A program made the translations under genes and the position numbers. 41,736 nucleotides of DNA, taken from Ilumatobacteraceae bacterium. GTDB lineage: Bacteria > Actinomycetota > Acidimicrobiia > Acidimicrobiales > Ilumatobacteraceae. How positions within the stretch are numbered: the first letter of the stretch is position 1; every line of letters begins with the position of its first letter. The stretch spans positions 14,556 through 56,291 of the forward strand of contig JANQZQ010000110.1 in NCBI GenBank assembly GCA_030728545.1, given 5' to 3'. This document shows, piece by piece, positions 39,749 through 41,736 of the stretch. The notes beneath the pieces are model-generated. The model was not told where the DNA came from and made no database searches. It was given only the letters and a program-made list of their open reading frames with translations.

Positions 39749-40334
39749 GACGTGCCCCCAACAAACTCAGCGCTTCACGCAACATGGTGGCGGCATCGTC
39801 GCTGAGCGTTAGTTCGCGCAGAACGGCACGAATCTCGGTGTCGTCATACCCCAACCCGCCCAATGCGTCACGCACGTCGCTCATTCCCCCGCTACCGCGT
39901 TCGCCGACTGCACGCGGCTCGTCGATGGTGGGCAGGTTTAGACGATCTTTCAATTCCAACAGCAATCGCTCGGCGGTTTTTTTGCCCACACCCGACACGG
40001 TCGTGAGCCCAGCCACGTCGCCCGCCAACACAATGTCAACCAGGGCCCGCGGTGAGTGCGTAGCCAAAATTGCCATCGCCAGCGACGGCCCGATGCCGTT
40101 GGTTTCGATGAGCACTTCGAATGTGCGTCGCTCGTCGCGATCTAAGAAGCCGAATAACAACTCGGCATCGTCACGCACATGGTGATGCACATGCAAAAAC
40201 GCTTCGGTTGTCGGCTCGAGTTCACCAAGTGTGCGCGGCGTAACGCTCACCACATAGCCGACACCGGCTACTTCGAGCAGCACGGTCGAGTCGCTCATGC
40301 GCTCGAGCACGCGTCCACGCAATGAACCGATCAT
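39741..40334 (-). CDS. ruvA: Holliday junction DNA-binding protein RuvA
   Basis: 197 aa. N-terminus MIGSLRGRV and HhH motif [21 protein letters not shown] overlap with the ruvC stop. Confidence 0.93.
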   Translation of the reverse strand: MIGSLRGRVLERMSDSTVLLEVAGVGYVVSVTPRTLGELEPTTEAFLHVHHHVRDDAELLFGFLDRDERRTFEVLIETNGIGPSLAMAILATHSPRALVDIVLAGDVAGLTTVSGVGKKTAERLLLELKDRLNLPTIDEPRAVGERGSGGMSDVRDALGGLGYDDTEIRAVLRELTLSDDAATMLREALSLLGARRA

Positions 40335-40897
40335 TGTGCTCGTGCTCCGGCCACGCTGCGGGCAAACGGTTCGCTAGCGATATGACACAGCGCTAGCGCC
40401 GCCGCGTCGGCTGCGTCGGCAGGCGTTGGCAGGGTGTGCAACCCGAATCGCAGTTGCACCATGCGCGCGATGTCGTCTTTGCTTGCTGCACCAAACCCGG
40501 CGACTGCACTCTTTACTTGAGTTGGGGTGTATTGCACGACGCGACAACCACGCAAGGCGGCTAACGCCAACACCACGCCGCTCACTTGCGCCACACTCAT
40601 CGCAGTGCGGGTGTTGTGTTGAAAGAACACTCGCTCAACAGCCACCGCCGTTGGTGCAAACTCATCAAACAACGCCAGCAGATCGGTCTGGAGTTGGGCC
40701 AAACGCAATGGCAATTCTTCATCAGGCGACGTGGTCAACACACCGAGTGCATGCAGCGCCGGTTGCGCGGTGGCATGAGCACCAGGTTGCACGATGGCGT
40801 ATCCGCAGCGAGTCAACCCAGGGTCGATACCCAGCACCAAGCCAGCCGACGGGCTGCTGTGTGAGGCATCGTTGGACCCTTGATGGGGGGCGAACAT
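40331..40897 (-). CDS. ruvC: Crossover junction endodeoxyribonuclease RuvC
   Basis: Motif VLGIDPGLTRCGYA. The ATG at 40897 lies 10 nt after the bcp stop. Internal TTG/GTG at 40840/40837 would give the more canonical M(L)VLGIDPG N-terminus. The track's extension to 40930 is rejected. Confidence 0.88.
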   Translation of the reverse strand: MFAPHQGSNDASHSSPSAGLVLGIDPGLTRCGYAIVQPGAHATAQPALHALGVLTTSPDEELPLRLAQLQTDLLALFDEFAPTAVAVERVFFQHNTRTAMSVAQVSGVVLALAALRGCRVVQYTPTQVKSAVAGFGAASKDDIARMVQLRFGLHTLPTPADAADAAALALCHIASEPFARSVAGARAQ

Positions 40898-40907
40898 ATG
40901 TTTGATT

Positions 40908-41366
40908 CTAGCCGATGGCGGTGATGGCATCGACCAATTCTTTGACCGGCCGATAGGTGACCCCGCCGACCGCCCGATGGGCGTAGCGAATCACGCCCTC
41001 GGCATCGAGCACAAAAACGCTACGCCGCGGCAGGTTCATGAGGCCCAACACGTCATAGGCCCGATGCACCGCTTTGTCAACATCAGACAGCAACGGGAAG
41101 CCGAAACCGTGTTTGGCTGCAAACTTTTCATGACTCGCCACGTCTTGTGCCGAGATACCAATGACCTGGGCTGACAACCCGGCGAACTGAGTCAGCTCGT
41201 CGTTGTAGGAGCACAGCTGCTTGGTGCATACCGGAGTGTTGTCGCCTGGATAAAACACCAGCACCACCGGTGCGCCGCGCAGTTGGGCGAGTGAATAGGA
41301 GCGCCCGCCGGTGCCTGGCAGCGTAAAGACCGGCGCCGCATCGCCAACACCAACTGTTTTGCTCAT
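40908..41366 (-). CDS. bcp: Thiol peroxidase, Bcp/PrxQ-type peroxiredoxin
   Basis: AhpC/TSA fold with peroxidatic and resolving Cys in FYPGDNTPVCTKQLC (C-x4-C). The ATG at 41366 is preferred (GGTGA upstream); the GTG at 41384 is an alternative. Confidence 0.88.
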   Translation of the reverse strand: MSKTVGVGDAAPVFTLPGTGGRSYSLAQLRGAPVVLVFYPGDNTPVCTKQLCSYNDELTQFAGLSAQVIGISAQDVASHEKFAAKHGFGFPLLSDVDKAVHRAYDVLGLMNLPRRSVFVLDAEGVIRYAHRAVGGVTYRPVKELVDAITAIG

Positions 41367-41391
41367 ACCGTCACCGTAGCCCACTGACCCG

Positions 41392-41736
41392 TCATGAAGC
41401 CGCTACTTCGAGCAGTTCTTCAGAGATATCGAAGTTGGAATACACATCCTGCACGTCGTCGTGCTCTTCGAGTTCATCCAAAATCTTGAGAATCGCCTTT
41501 GCCACACCCACGTCGGTTACGGCCACGGTTTGCGACGACACCATCGTGCTCTCAGCCGACTGCACCGGCAATGTTGCGGCTTCTAATGCGGTTTTGATTT
41601 CCCACACTTTGGTGGCATCGCAAGTTATGCGCCATACCGAGCCATCATCAAGCATGTCGTCGGCCCCATGCTCGAGCACGGCATTCATGACGTCGTCTTC
41701 TTGGGCCGCACGATCCACCAGAATCACGCCGCGCCG
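41392..41736 (-). CDS. yebC: YebC/PmpR-family transcriptional regulator, 5'-truncated by the window edge
   Basis: C-terminal part ..AKAILKILDELEEHDDVQDVYSNFDISEE is typical of YebC/TACO1 proteins. It occupies the conserved position upstream of ruvC. The frame is open to the window end. Confidence 0.85.
   Translation of the reverse strand, partial: RRGVILVDRAAQEDDVMNAVLEHGADDMLDDGSVWRITCDATKVWEIKTALEAATLPVQSAESTMVSSQTVAVTDVGVAKAILKILDELEEHDDVQDVYSNFDISEELLEVAAS

Overview
High-GC actinobacterial-type chromosomal core region; the gene order resembles conserved Mycobacterium/Acidimicrobiia blocks, and lineage cannot be fixed without a search. I call 37 protein-coding genes, all on the minus strand. 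They are packed very tightly, with many 1-, 4- and 8-nt stop/start overlaps, and only one intergenic gap exceeds 80 bp. In transcription order (right to left): yebC (5' part outside the window) - bcp - ruvC - ruvA - ruvB | signal-peptide rhodanese - yeeE/yedE-family sulfur transporter | queA - tgt - yajC - secD - secF - rel - hisS - aspS - rarA - small membrane protein - alaS - ruvX - mltG - aroE - aroC - aroK - aroB - aroQ - pepQ - efp - nusB - DUF2079-like membrane protein | pyrR - pyrB - pyrC - carA - carB - pyrD - mihF - gmk - rpoZ - metK - priA (3' end runs off the left edge and is missing from the ORF track because it has no in-window stop). I found no rRNA, tRNA, CRISPR array, transposase or integrase. 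Many track ORFs are over-extended at the 5' end, so I trimmed them to starts that abut or overlap the upstream stop codon. This is mostly ordinary housekeeping DNA. The only accessory-looking part is the exported rhodanese + YeeE pair between ruvB and queA. It sits behind the window's only long, low-GC, repeat- and hairpin-rich intergenic region, and a perfect 14-bp inverted repeat encloses the yeeE start codon. Other observations: a PyrR-binding hairpin beside the pyrR ribosome-binding site, an uncharacterised DUF2079-like membrane protein between nusB and pyrR, and several in-frame tandem repeats inside conserved proteins (secD, carB, carA, yajC). All functional calls rest on motif recognition in the supplied translations; no database search was run.
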